From contig JBLHRW010000001.1 in NCBI GenBank assembly GCA_047626445.1, positions 1 to 56,507 of the forward strand: 56,507 nt of DNA, given 5' to 3'. This DNA comes from Neolewinella sp. GTDB lineage: Bacteria; Bacteroidota; Bacteroidia; Chitinophagales; Saprospiraceae. This document shows, piece after piece, positions 9,588 to 19,337 of this stretch (position 1 is the first letter of the stretch; each line of letters begins with the position of its first letter). The translations under genes were made by a program, and so were the position numbers. The notes below the pieces were generated by a model. The model ran no database searches and had not been told where the DNA came from. It was given only the letters and a program-made list of their open reading frames with translations.

Positions 9588-10376
9588 ATGATTTCAAATA
9601 ACATAATCGAGGCAGCGGCCAAAAGATTAAGAACCGCCGAAGCAAGTAAAAAAACCTGTGCGCCTATTCGCGACCTCATAGGAATCGAAGACCTCGCCAG
9701 CGCATACGCCATCCAGCAAATAAACACGCACCATAAAATTGCTTCGGGAGGACGAGTAATTGGCCATAAAATTGGATTGACCGCGCCCGTAGTGCAAAAG
9801 CAATTGGGGGTTGATCAACCCGATTACGGCTTGTTGTGGCACGACAAAGAGATACTGAACGGTGGTGAAATTTCCGTGTCAGAACTGATGCAACCAAAAG
9901 CGGAGGCCGAAATCGCCTTTGTTTTGGGGAAAGACCTGAACGCAGATTTTATCACCTCTGTTGATGTTTTAAACGCAGTAGACTATGCCCTGGCTTCGAT
10001 TGAGGTCGTAGGTAGTAGAATCAGTAATTGGGACATAAAAATCACTGATACCATCGCGGACAATGCCTCTGCCAGTCATTGGGTCGTCGGTCATCAACCG
10101 GTTAAACTACAGCACCTGGACCTCGTCAATTGCAAAATGAGCATGGAGAACAACGGCAAGGTGGTTTCCGAAGGCATCGGCAGCGCCTGTTTGGGGTCAC
10201 CCATAAACGCCCTGCTTTGGTTAGCGCGGAAAATGGTGCAAATGGGAGAGCCATTGAAAGCAGGTGACTTGATTCTGAGCGGTGCAGTAGGCCCGATGGT
10301 AAATGTGGAGGCCGGGGATAATTTCAATGTTACCATTGAAGGCCTGGGCTCCGTTAGTGCATCATTCGTAGCTTAA
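9588..10376 (+). CDS. mhpD: 2-keto-4-pentenoate hydratase
   Basis: GHKIGLTAPVVQKQLGVDQPDYG, EAEIAFVL, DTIADNAS, LSGAVGPMV. Confidence 0.9.
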   Translation: MISNNIIEAAAKRLRTAEASKKTCAPIRDLIGIEDLASAYAIQQINTHHKIASGGRVIGHKIGLTAPVVQKQLGVDQPDYGLLWHDKEILNGGEISVSELMQPKAEAEIAFVLGKDLNADFITSVDVLNAVDYALASIEVVGSRISNWDIKITDTIADNASASHWVVGHQPVKLQHLDLVNCKMSMENNGKVVSEGIGSACLGSPINALLWLARKMVQMGEPLKAGDLILSGAVGPMVNVEAGDNFNVTIEGLGSVSASFVA

Positions 10377-10457
10377 TCTTGACTATCTGACTGCTTGACG
10401 AATAAGGGCGCGGCCGCAGGTGCAAAAGAAGGATAAAAGAGCAGGGGGCATTGCTAA

Positions 10458-10650
10458 GGGACGCGAAATAAATAAACCATGCTTCTTGACCGCCTTATTT
10501 TGCCCTCACCGCTCTTAAAAATTATTTCCGTAGCTACGGCTATGCAAAGAATTTTTCAAGAACGGCGAGAACAAAAGCGTCAGGTCAAGAAACACGTTTT
10601 ATTTAATTCGCGTCCCTAAGGGACGCCGTAAGTTATTTATACGGCGTTCC
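10458..10650. mobile_element. 159-bp MITE, copy 2 (10458-10616), plus an abutting 31-bp mini-element (10620-10650)
   Basis: TAA-GGGACGCG...CGCGTCCC-TAA-GGGACGCC...CGGCGTTCC-TAA; body homologous to 3742-3900. Confidence 0.8.
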
Positions 10651-10804
10651 TAAACATAGCCCCATCAACGACCGATCCTGTAGGGATCAATAGTTACCCG
10701 GGACGTAACGAAGTGGAGTCCCGGGTGTACAAACCACCACCCAGCATGGCCTGCAACGCGAAGCGGTGCCATGTAATAGTAGTAGCGTAACAAACTGAAT
10801 AAAC

Positions 10805-11221
10805 ATGGAAGGAAAAACAATAGCCAACAAAGCACAACCACTAGGAAATTACCCACACGTGAGACGAGTGGGAGATTTCATTTATGTATCCGGAACCAGC
10901 AGCCGACGAAAAGACAATACTCACGTAGGCGCAGAACAGGATAAGGACGGCGTTTGGCACCTCGACATCCAGGCCCAAACCAGCGCGGTGATCGAAAATA
11001 TTGGCGAACTACTGCAAAGCGTGGGGGCAGACTTGTCCAACCTAATCGATCTTGCAACCTACCTGGTAGACATGAAGGACTTTAAAGGCTATAACGAGGT
11101 TTACGGCACCTTCTTCAACAGCAAGACCGGCCCCACCAGGACAACCGTAGCCGTTCATCAATTGCCTCACCCTAACTTGTTGATCGAAATTAAAGCAATA
11201 GCTTATCTGCCGCTGAAATGA
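10805..11221 (+). CDS. 2-aminomuconate deaminase (RidA/YjgF family)
   Basis: [44 protein letters not shown]; pathway context. Confidence 0.88.
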   Translation: MEGKTIANKAQPLGNYPHVRRVGDFIYVSGTSSRRKDNTHVGAEQDKDGVWHLDIQAQTSAVIENIGELLQSVGADLSNLIDLATYLVDMKDFKGYNEVYGTFFNSKTGPTRTTVAVHQLPHPNLLIEIKAIAYLPLK

Positions 11222-11258
11222 TGATTGTTTTCTTGCCCTCCAGTTGGTGGTGCATATT

Positions 11259-11608
11259 TAGGCGTGAAACACAGATTTTTAACTTTCTACAAAGCTAAAA
11301 TTTTGACGATAAGCCAAGTAGCGTTGGATGGAACCTCCGGCTTCGGCTTCCGGAGGATTGGCCTTGGCGGTGGCCGGATAACGAAGGAGCAAAAGCCGTT
11401 AAAAAAGAAAATTTGTTTGAGCACCGAAAGGTAGAGCGTTGGCTGCAAGTTTTGATAGCCGATAAGTTTAGAAGCGTAGCGCTAGGCTTTGGCGCAAGTT
11501 TTTTTCTTTTAGGCTTTTGGGGCTTCGTTAGCCGAGAAGCCACCGCCACAGCCGGGCATTTTTGCTACTTTTGATGCGTCAAAAGTAGGCCCCCGGCAGG
11601 GCGGAAAT
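11259..11608. repeat. ~350-bp non-coding repeat element (long copy)
   Basis: Shares both ends with 9271-9477; contains hairpin CTACTTTTGATGCGTCAAAAGTAG and GGCTT(C/T) sub-repeats. Confidence 0.7.
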
Positions 11609-11680
11609 ACGGGCTGCCACGCTTCGCACTGGAATTCCCAAATTGACCTGATAGACCACTAGTTTGAAAAACAAACCAAA

Positions 11681-12604
11681 ATGACCAAAATAAAAGTAGC
11701 CATCATAGGCCCCGGAAATATTGGAACAGACCTGATGATAAAGGTCATCAGGAATTCTACCCATTTGGAAATGTCCGCCATGGTCGGGATTGACCCAAAG
11801 TCTGATGGATTAGCCAGGGCAAAAAGGATGGGCTACATTACCACAGCAGAAGGCCTGGCAGGCCTGGAGCAGATGCCAGAATGGAAAGACATAAAGATCA
11901 TTTTCGACGCGACCTCCGCAAAAGCACACCACTATAACTGGGCGATTGTAGAGAAATATCCGGATAAGCGGATCATAGACCTGACGCCAGCCGCCATCGG
12001 GCCTTTCCTTGTTCCTCCGGTAAACTTCGACACCAGCCACCAGGTCCGTAACGTAAACATGGTGACCTGCGGAGGCCAGGCGACCATTCCGATCGTTGCC
12101 GCCGTAAACCGGGTCGCAAAGGTCCATTACGGAGAGATCGTCGCCTCCATCGCAAGTAAATCTGCAGGCCCCGGAACACGTGCTAACATCGACGAATTCA
12201 CAGAAACAACGACCCGGGCCATCGAAGAAGTGGGCGGAGCTGATAAGGGTAAAGCCCTGATCATTCTGAACCCCGCAGAACCACCAGTAGTCATGCGAGA
12301 CACCGTTTTTACCCTAAGCGAAAACGCAGACCGAGAGGCCATAAGAGCCAGCGTTCATAAAATGGTGGAAGAGGTACAGAAGTATGTCCCAGGATACAGT
12401 TTGCACCAGGAAGTCCAATTTGATGACATCCCGGAAGACAAACCCGTGTTTATTGAAGGGCTCGGTCTCCGGCACGGTCTAAAAACGACCGTACTACTAC
12501 AAGTTACCGGTGCCGGGCACTACCTGCCCGAATATGCCGGAAACCTGGACATCATGACCGCCGCAGCTATGTCAACCGGGGATAAGATCGCTGCGATGAT
12601 GTAA
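11681..12604 (+). CDS. mhpF: Acetaldehyde dehydrogenase (acylating)
   Basis: [46 protein letters not shown]. Confidence 0.95.
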   Translation: MTKIKVAIIGPGNIGTDLMIKVIRNSTHLEMSAMVGIDPKSDGLARAKRMGYITTAEGLAGLEQMPEWKDIKIIFDATSAKAHHYNWAIVEKYPDKRIIDLTPAAIGPFLVPPVNFDTSHQVRNVNMVTCGGQATIPIVAAVNRVAKVHYGEIVASIASKSAGPGTRANIDEFTETTTRAIEEVGGADKGKALIILNPAEPPVVMRDTVFTLSENADREAIRASVHKMVEEVQKYVPGYSLHQEVQFDDIPEDKPVFIEGLGLRHGLKTTVLLQVTGAGHYLPEYAGNLDIMTAAAMSTGDKIAAMM

Positions 12605-12698
12605 GGCGGAATCCCAATAGTCCCTTAGTGTAGGCTTTAACCCTACGAATTGGTAATGTCTATGAAATCCTCCTTCCAACAACGACCCCTCAGTGCTT

Positions 12699-12734
12699 CC
12701 TCTGTGCCTCCCTCCGTGCTACTCTCTGTGAGAA
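12699..12734 (+). repeat. 36-bp CTCTGTG-type dispersed repeat
   Basis: 34/36 identical to 50057-50092. Confidence 0.7.
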
Positions 12735-12830
12735 CCATTAGCTGCTTTAGCAGCCTCTGACACGCCTGCCTTGGGGTATGTCATTTTCCTGAAATCTATA
12801 GTCTGTTAATACGAAAATTAAAAAGCAACC

Positions 12831-13841
12831 ATGCCACACAAACTATACCTACAAGACGTAACCCTACGAGACGGGATGCACCCCATCCAGCACCAGTACT
12901 CAAAGCAACAGGTCAAAGACATTGCGATGGCACTGGACAAAGCCGGCGTCGATGCCATTGAAGTTTCGCACGGAGATGGACTCACCGGTGGCAGCTTCAA
13001 CTATGGTTTTGGTGCCCACACGGATTGGGACTGGTTGGAAGGCATTGCCGAAAATTTACAACACGCTAAACTTACCACCCTCCTGATCCCGGGCATTGGC
13101 ACCATTGAGGATTTGAAAAGAGCAAGAGACTTAGGCGTAGTTTCAGTAAGAGTAGCCACCCACTCAACGGAAGCAGACATCTCCGCGCAACACATTGAAG
13201 CTGCCAGAAATTTAGGGATGGATGTCTCTGGCTTCCTGATGATGGCCCACATGAATGATGCCATGGGCCTGGCCGAACAAGCCAAAAAAATGGAAGACTA
13301 TGGCGCACTATGCGTTTATGTAACAGACTCGGCAGGTGCGCTATTGATGGACGGTGTCAGAGACCGAATCCGGGCATTCAAAGACGTGCTGAAACCTGAA
13401 ACTGAAATAGGCATTCATTGCCATCATAACTTGTCCTTTGGCGTAGCCAATACCATCGTGGCGATGGAAGAAGGCGCTAATCGGCTAGATGCGTCTTTGG
13501 CTGGTATGGGAGCAGGTGCTGGAAATTGCCCGCTGGAAGTTTTGGTCGCAGTGCTGAACAAGATGGGGAAGGAACACAACGCTGACTTGTTCCCGCTGAT
13601 GGATTTGGCCGACGATGTCATCAGACCACTGCAACAACGCCCCGTACAGGTCGACAGAGAGACCCTCTCCCTCGGCTACGCAGGCGTTTATTCCAGCTTT
13701 CTACTACACGCTGAAAGAGCCGCTGAAAAATATGGATTAGACACACGTTCCATCCTTAATGAACTCGGTAAACGCAAAATGGTCGGCGGACAAGAAGACA
13801 TGATTATTGACGTTGCCCTCGACATGGTAAATAAGGGATAA
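12831..13841 (+). CDS. dmpG: 4-hydroxy-2-oxovalerate aldolase
   Basis: [49 protein letters not shown]. Confidence 0.95.
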   Translation: MPHKLYLQDVTLRDGMHPIQHQYSKQQVKDIAMALDKAGVDAIEVSHGDGLTGGSFNYGFGAHTDWDWLEGIAENLQHAKLTTLLIPGIGTIEDLKRARDLGVVSVRVATHSTEADISAQHIEAARNLGMDVSGFLMMAHMNDAMGLAEQAKKMEDYGALCVYVTDSAGALLMDGVRDRIRAFKDVLKPETEIGIHCHHNLSFGVANTIVAMEEGANRLDASLAGMGAGAGNCPLEVLVAVLNKMGKEHNADLFPLMDLADDVIRPLQQRPVQVDRETLSLGYAGVYSSFLLHAERAAEKYGLDTRSILNELGKRKMVGGQEDMIIDVALDMVNKG

Positions 13842-14103
13842 TGAAGTGCCAGCAGCCTGTCGGTTTTAATATTCTCAAAGATCCCGGAGGGATCGAATCG
13901 TATTTGCCCCGGGTAAGGCGGTACGCCGAAACCCGGGGCTTAGGAATGGGCTTGCAACATGGCGGCGCGCAGCGCCGCAACGGTCAAGGTGTTACAGAAC
14001 CCCGGGTAAAAACCCGTTTCGTAGCTTTTTACCCGGAGCAAATACATTCAACTACTCCGAGGTTATTCTTTTACCGAGAATTTATGGAAATATTCTCCCC
14101 TAG

Positions 14104-14263
14104 CAGGCTGTCGGAGAGAACGCTCATCGTCCCAAAGCGGCCCTTTTTGCGGTAGATTTCCCAGCGAATTCAGTTGATTAACCCGTTAAACGCCCGAATC
14201 CACCGGTCATCTACCACAAAAATGACTCACTTTGGGCCAGATTCGGTTCTCCCCGACAGCCTG
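14104..14263. mobile_element. 160-bp MITE with CTAG flanks
   Basis: CTAG-CAGGCTGTCGGAGAGAAC...GTTCTCCCCGACAGCCTG-CTAG (17/18 TIR match); internal symmetry. Confidence 0.75.
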
Positions 14264-14292
14264 CTAGCGTCCCTAAATAAAAAAATAAAGCA

Positions 14293-15729
14293 ATGATCAA
14301 GATCAGCAACTACATAAACGGCGAATTAATCCCACCAGCTAATGGGGAGTACCTCGACCTGTATGACCCCTCAGTAGGACAGCCCTACGCAAAGGTCCCC
14401 GATGCCAACGCAGCAGACGTCGAACTGGCCGTGCAAGCAGGCCTTCAGGCGTTCCCCGCCTGGGCAGCGACTTCCATAACTGAAAGAAGCCGCGTCCTGA
14501 ACAGGATTGCCGACTTGATCGAAGAAAACCTGGAGTACCTGGCCAAAGCAGAATCAGTAGATAATGGAAAGCCCGTTTCGCTGGCCAGGGTGGTCGATAT
14601 ACCAAGATCCGCCGCTAATTTCAGGTTCTTCGCACAGGCCATTACTCAGTTTGCCACGCAAGCGCATGAAATGACCGATGCCATCAATTATACCTTGAGG
14701 CAGCCTATTGGTGTGGTCGGTACCATCTCCCCCTGGAACCTTCCATTATATCTCTTCACTTGGAAGATTGCCCCTGCATTAGCAGCAGGCAATGCCGTCA
14801 TCGCCAAGCCTTCCGAAGTAACGCCAATGACCGCTTTCCTGCTGTCTGAAATATGTATTAAAGCCGGCTTGCCCAAAGGCGTGCTCAATATTATCCATGG
14901 CGATGGGATAAAAGTGGGGGCTGAAATAACCAAGCATCCAAAAATCAAGGCCATCTCCTTTACCGGAAGCACCAGAGTAGGCCAGGAAATAGCGAGAGTA
15001 GCCGCGCCGATGTTTAAAAAGATGTCATTGGAAATGGGCGGGAAAAACCCGAACCTCATCTTTGCGGACTGCAACTATGAAAAGATGCTGGATACGACCG
15101 TCCGTTCTTCTTTCGCCAACCAGGGACAAATTTGTCTCTGCGGCTCCAGGTTATACATCGAATCGTCCATCTATGAAAAATTTAAAACGGACTTTGTCGA
15201 GCGCGTAAAAGCACTAAAAGTTGGCCCACCTGCTGATCCTGCTACCAATATCGGTGCGCTCGTCTCTAAGCCGCACTACGAAAAGGTGCTGTCCTATATC
15301 CAGATAGCTAAAGAGGAGGGAGGCACCATCCTCGCTGGCGGCGAGGCGGTATTCCCCAAAGGGCACGAAAAAGGTTGGTACGTCAGCCCTACGATTATTG
15401 AAGGACTCCCCGCCGATTGCCGGACCAACCAGGAAGAAATTTTTGGCCCAGTAGTGACCATTATGCCTTTTGACACCGACGAGGAAGTCCTGGCCTATGC
15501 CAATGGCACAAATTATGGCCTGGCTTGTACCGTCTGGACGGAAAACATCACCAGAGCACACCGAATTGCCAAGACCATCGAGTCGGGCATCGTCTGGGTA
15601 AACACCTGGATGCTACGAGATTTGAGGACCCCTTTTGGCGGCGTGAAAAGCTCAGGCGTCGGGCGAGAGGGCGGCTTTGAGGCGCTTCGGTTTTTTACTG
15701 AGGCTAAGAACGTTTGTATCCAGTTTTAG
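14293..15729 (+). CDS. 2-aminomuconate-6-semialdehyde dehydrogenase (ALDH8/DmpC-like)
   Basis: SPWNLP, FTGS, LEMGGKNP, NQGQICLCGSR, EEIFGPV, LRDLRTPFGG; pathway context. Confidence 0.88.
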   Translation: MIKISNYINGELIPPANGEYLDLYDPSVGQPYAKVPDANAADVELAVQAGLQAFPAWAATSITERSRVLNRIADLIEENLEYLAKAESVDNGKPVSLARVVDIPRSAANFRFFAQAITQFATQAHEMTDAINYTLRQPIGVVGTISPWNLPLYLFTWKIAPALAAGNAVIAKPSEVTPMTAFLLSEICIKAGLPKGVLNIIHGDGIKVGAEITKHPKIKAISFTGSTRVGQEIARVAAPMFKKMSLEMGGKNPNLIFADCNYEKMLDTTVRSSFANQGQICLCGSRLYIESSIYEKFKTDFVERVKALKVGPPADPATNIGALVSKPHYEKVLSYIQIAKEEGGTILAGGEAVFPKGHEKGWYVSPTIIEGLPADCRTNQEEIFGPVVTIMPFDTDEEVLAYANGTNYGLACTVWTENITRAHRIAKTIESGIVWVNTWMLRDLRTPFGGVKSSGVGREGGFEALRFFTEAKNVCIQF

Positions 15730-15827
15730 CCTTGCTCCTTAAAACGGTTATTGCACCTGCGGCCGCGCCTGATTAGTAACATTTTTTGGCGGGGCCGCAG
15801 GTGCAAGGGAAGGTCATTAATGAGCAT
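15730..15827. repeat. Inverted doublet of the ~40-bp GGGCGCGGMCGCAGGTGCAAGGGAAGG motif between convergent genes
   Basis: TTGCACCTGCGGCCGCGCC 15751-15769 facing GGCGGGGCCGCAGGTGCAA 15788-15806. Confidence 0.75.
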
Positions 15828-15900
15828 GCGGATTAACTAGTAAGGGGCGCAAAAAAATTGATGCTGGTACGGGCGGGGCTTGCCTCCGCCCATCTTCCCA

Positions 15901-17457
15901 TTACGGCAAACGCCTCACCACCCGCCCAAACAATCCCTCCCGAACCTCACTTTCCGCAACAGCCACTTCCCCATTCAAAAAGACATACCGCATGCCCGAA
16001 CTCAACTGCGCTGGTTCGGCATAGGAAGCGTTATCGCGCACCTCCTCCGGTTTGAAAACCAATACATCGGCATAGTTCCCAACTTGTAATTTACCACGTT
16101 TCGGTATCCCGAAAACCTCGGCGGTTAGGCCCGTACTTTTCCTGATCATGTCTGCCATAGAAAGTACTTCTTTATCCAGCACATAAGCTCTAATTTTCTT
16201 AGGGAAAGAGGCAAACTTACGCGGATGGGCAGAGGTGCCATCAGAGCTGGTCATTACCCAATCCTGTTGCATAAAACGGAATATATCCTCCTCGTTCATA
16301 TTGAAGGACGCAATGGCAGCATCGCCATTGGCGATGATTTTTATGGCAGCATCTACAGCAGACAACTCCCATTCTTTGGCTACTTCTTCAAGTGTCTTAC
16401 CTGCCAAATTGGGCACTTTTGACAAAACAAGGAGTAAGGAAGTGGCACCGCCCCGACGTCTTATGTTTTCGGCTACAGCCGCTTGTATCTGAGGCCGTAA
16501 CTCGGGATCCACCAAACGAGGGGTATAATCATCTATGTCGGCAAAGACCCATTTGGGCAGTAAAGCAGCGCCCAGGTGCGTACCCGATGCCCGAAAGGGG
16601 TACTGATCAGCAGTGATGCGCAGCCCACGGGACCGTGCCGCCACTATGCTATCAACGATGATGTTGCTCATGCCCCATACGTCAACCCCCAAACATTTTA
16701 TGTGTGAAATATTGGCAGCAGTATTCGCTTTTTCAGCAATTTCAATAGATTCCATTACGGCCGCTAATAAGCCAATATTATAGGTGCTCTCATCTCTAAT
16801 ATGGGCGTCATATAAGCCCCCAAGCTCTCCACTAACTTTAGCTAACTCAATCACTTCTTCCGTGCTTGCAAAGCTGGCTGGGGAGTAATACAAACCACTA
16901 GAAAAGCCCAACGCGCCTTCTTCCATTCCACGTCTGACCATCGTTTTCATGTTCGTCAGCTCTTCTGCTGTAGGCGCGCTTTCGCTCATGCCCATGCAAA
17001 GTCGGCGAATGTTTCGGTGGCCCACCATAATGGCCGCATTGGTGCCTATTCCATTGTTTTGCCAATGCGCTAAGCGTTCCCCAATAAAGTTGTCACTATT
17101 GCCATCGCTGCCCGTTACTACTGTCGTTACCCCCTGCATTAGGTAATTAAGGTTGCGGTTTTTGACGCTGTCCGACAAATCCTTCATGGCATGGGTATGT
17201 GGGTCAATAAAGCCGGGTGTTACGAGGTAACCTGCTGCTTCGACGGTTCGTGCGGCTACTAACCCGGCCTCACCGGCATCCCCCATAAACGCAATGGTAT
17301 CTGCTTGAATGCCAATGTCCATTTTCTGCGCAGGCTGCCCCGTGCCGTCAACGACCATTCCACCGATGATGAGTACATCTAATGTTGGTTCAGGGCCGCA
17401 AGACAATAAGCCAAGCAGTAATAAGAGGGTGGTACAAGTTGCTATGGATACTTTCAT
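15901..17457 (-). CDS. N-acyl-D-amino-acid deacylase family amidohydrolase, lipoprotein
   Basis: Lipobox LLSC, PGFIDPHTH, GFSSGLYY, AHIRDE, ISHIK, ADQYP. Confidence 0.88.
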   Translation of the reverse strand: MKVSIATCTTLLLLLGLLSCGPEPTLDVLIIGGMVVDGTGQPAQKMDIGIQADTIAFMGDAGEAGLVAARTVEAAGYLVTPGFIDPHTHAMKDLSDSVKNRNLNYLMQGVTTVVTGSDGNSDNFIGERLAHWQNNGIGTNAAIMVGHRNIRRLCMGMSESAPTAEELTNMKTMVRRGMEEGALGFSSGLYYSPASFASTEEVIELAKVSGELGGLYDAHIRDESTYNIGLLAAVMESIEIAEKANTAANISHIKCLGVDVWGMSNIIVDSIVAARSRGLRITADQYPFRASGTHLGAALLPKWVFADIDDYTPRLVDPELRPQIQAAVAENIRRRGGATSLLLVLSKVPNLAGKTLEEVAKEWELSAVDAAIKIIANGDAAIASFNMNEEDIFRFMQQDWVMTSSDGTSAHPRKFASFPKKIRAYVLDKEVLSMADMIRKSTGLTAEVFGIPKRGKLQVGNYADVLVFKPEEVRDNASYAEPAQLSSGMRYVFLNGEVAVAESEVREGLFGRVVRRLP

Positions 17458-17740
17458 GCTGATGAATTATTGATGATCAGGTCGGTCTTTGAAGTTCCTT
17501 GGCTTTAATATACCATCTTGTACGAAGTGGAGCATAGAATTACATACTTCCAGATTAAGCAAGTTCACGCAAATCACATTGCATAACGCCGCCTGCGACT
17601 TGGTCTGTCGAGGCGATTTCGTAAAGATGAAGCTGGTGCCCATCTCATCATATTGGCTCCTGGTGCCTAATCAACGCTAAAGCAGTAGTCGCCGGACAAC
17701 CGAACAACTCGATAATCCGATAACTTGGACAACCCGACAA

Positions 17741-19285
17741 CTAGGCCTTAACCAACCGCCGACTAGCAACAGCAACCCCCGCCTGCAACCGTACCAGATA
17801 AACCCCAGTCGGATAACGACTTAGATCAATATCAAACTGGTGCGTTCCACCAGAAAGTGTTCTACTGAAAACGGTTTGCAGCAACCGGCCAGACACATCA
17901 CTCAACGTCAGTTCGGCACGTCCAGCCTCAATGTCAAAACTGATGCGGGCCAGATTTGCGGTAGGGTTTGGCCATAGCTTAACCTGCAAGTCCTTGATGG
18001 CCTCATCGTTGGTGCTGGTACTATTACAGCCCTCGATGATTGGAAGGTGCACGTAGTCGTGACCCAGCACCGTTCTTACTTGCTCGGGTTCCAGCTCGAA
18101 CCATTCTTCGAAGACCGTGCCGTAGATGTCGCGGAAGTCATACTGTAGTGGAACGCCTTCGTTGACGTCCACATCTTCCCCGATCTCTGCGTTTTCACCC
18201 AGGACCCCAGCTTTGACACAACTGCCCATCAGGAACAGTGGCGCGGCCGTGCCGTGGTCGGATCCATAGCCCGCGTTGGAACGGATTCTCCGGCCAAACT
18301 CGGAGAACGTCATGGACAGGACGCGTTTGTCCAGCCCTTGAGCGGTCAAGTCCTGGTGGAAGGCTGCCAGGGCATCGCCCAGCGTTTGCATAAGCTCAGC
18401 GTAAACGCCGGTCGTGGCGTCTCCGGCAACGACCTGATTAGCGTGGGTGTCAAAACCGCCGAGGTTGACCACGTAGACGTTCGTCTGCAGCCCACCGCTG
18501 ATCATGTAGGCAACGTTTTTCAGCTGCGCAGCAAAGCGGGTGGCCGGGTATTCGACCAGGCTCTGGCCCGCTTCGGCAAACTCCTGTACCACTTCGCCGT
18601 AGGCATTGGCCTGGACGATACTGGTGCGCAGGAAGCCGAGCTCGTCTCCGTAAGGATCGTCGGACAAAGGCGTATCATCACCGCCAGCAAGTGCCAGCAG
18701 GTTGAAAGGATCGCTGATGGCCATACTGTAGTTGGAACCTAAGCCCTGGCAAGTTTGCGTTACCTGGTTGCCAATGGTGACGGCAAAGGGGTGAGGACGG
18801 TCTTCGTTGGGGAAGCCGGTGGGAAATTCGGGGAATTCCGCCTCGTAGTTCCGACCCAACCACCCGCTGGTCACGACCTCCGTAGCCTCGGAGCCCGACG
18901 TCCAGATGTCGGTAGACCGGAAGTGAGACCGGTTCTGATCGGGGTAAGACACGCCCTGTATGGCGGTCATTTTTCCGTCTTGATACAGTTGGTGCATCCC
19001 CGCCGCAGAAGGGTGGAAGGCAAGGTTGTTATCGATCCCGAGCAGGTCGCTTTGCGGGACCATGATGTTTGGGCGAACCCGCATCAGGCTGTCGAACTGG
19101 TCGATGGGAACAAGCGTACTCAGCCCGTCGTTGCCGCCGTTGAGTTGAACGAGGACCAGGACCCGGTCGGAGTCCGGGTCGACCATCGTCCGCAGGGTCC
19201 GTGCCAGGTGAGCACTAAGTGGGGTAGTGGTAATTAGGGGGAGGCTTAAAGCACCACCCGTACGAAGGAAATTTCGGCGATTCAT
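17741..19285 (-). CDS. DUF1501 domain protein with Tat-like signal and T9SS C-terminal domain
   Basis: MNRRNFLR start at 19285; GGNDGL, NRSHFRS, GGFDTH, FSEFGRR, GSDHG; C-terminal WPNP...RRLVKA. Confidence 0.85.
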   Translation of the reverse strand: MNRRNFLRTGGALSLPLITTTPLSAHLARTLRTMVDPDSDRVLVLVQLNGGNDGLSTLVPIDQFDSLMRVRPNIMVPQSDLLGIDNNLAFHPSAAGMHQLYQDGKMTAIQGVSYPDQNRSHFRSTDIWTSGSEATEVVTSGWLGRNYEAEFPEFPTGFPNEDRPHPFAVTIGNQVTQTCQGLGSNYSMAISDPFNLLALAGGDDTPLSDDPYGDELGFLRTSIVQANAYGEVVQEFAEAGQSLVEYPATRFAAQLKNVAYMISGGLQTNVYVVNLGGFDTHANQVVAGDATTGVYAELMQTLGDALAAFHQDLTAQGLDKRVLSMTFSEFGRRIRSNAGYGSDHGTAAPLFLMGSCVKAGVLGENAEIGEDVDVNEGVPLQYDFRDIYGTVFEEWFELEPEQVRTVLGHDYVHLPIIEGCNSTSTNDEAIKDLQVKLWPNPTANLARISFDIEAGRAELTLSDVSGRLLQTVFSRTLSGGTHQFDIDLSRYPTGVYLVRLQAGVAVASRRLVKA

Positions 19286-19337
19286 TTTTATGAATTGCAC
19301 CTTCCCGGAATATGGAATTACCGGAAGGGTAGATGAT

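Noticed and set aside
13841-14155. 104-aa ORF after dmpG (similarly 11225-11434, 9211-9498)
   Set aside because: Runs through repeat/MITE sequence; no protein-like features
15901-17457. Deacylase as the missing kynurenine formamidase
   Set aside because: Convergent orientation and lipoprotein signal place it outside the cytoplasmic pathway
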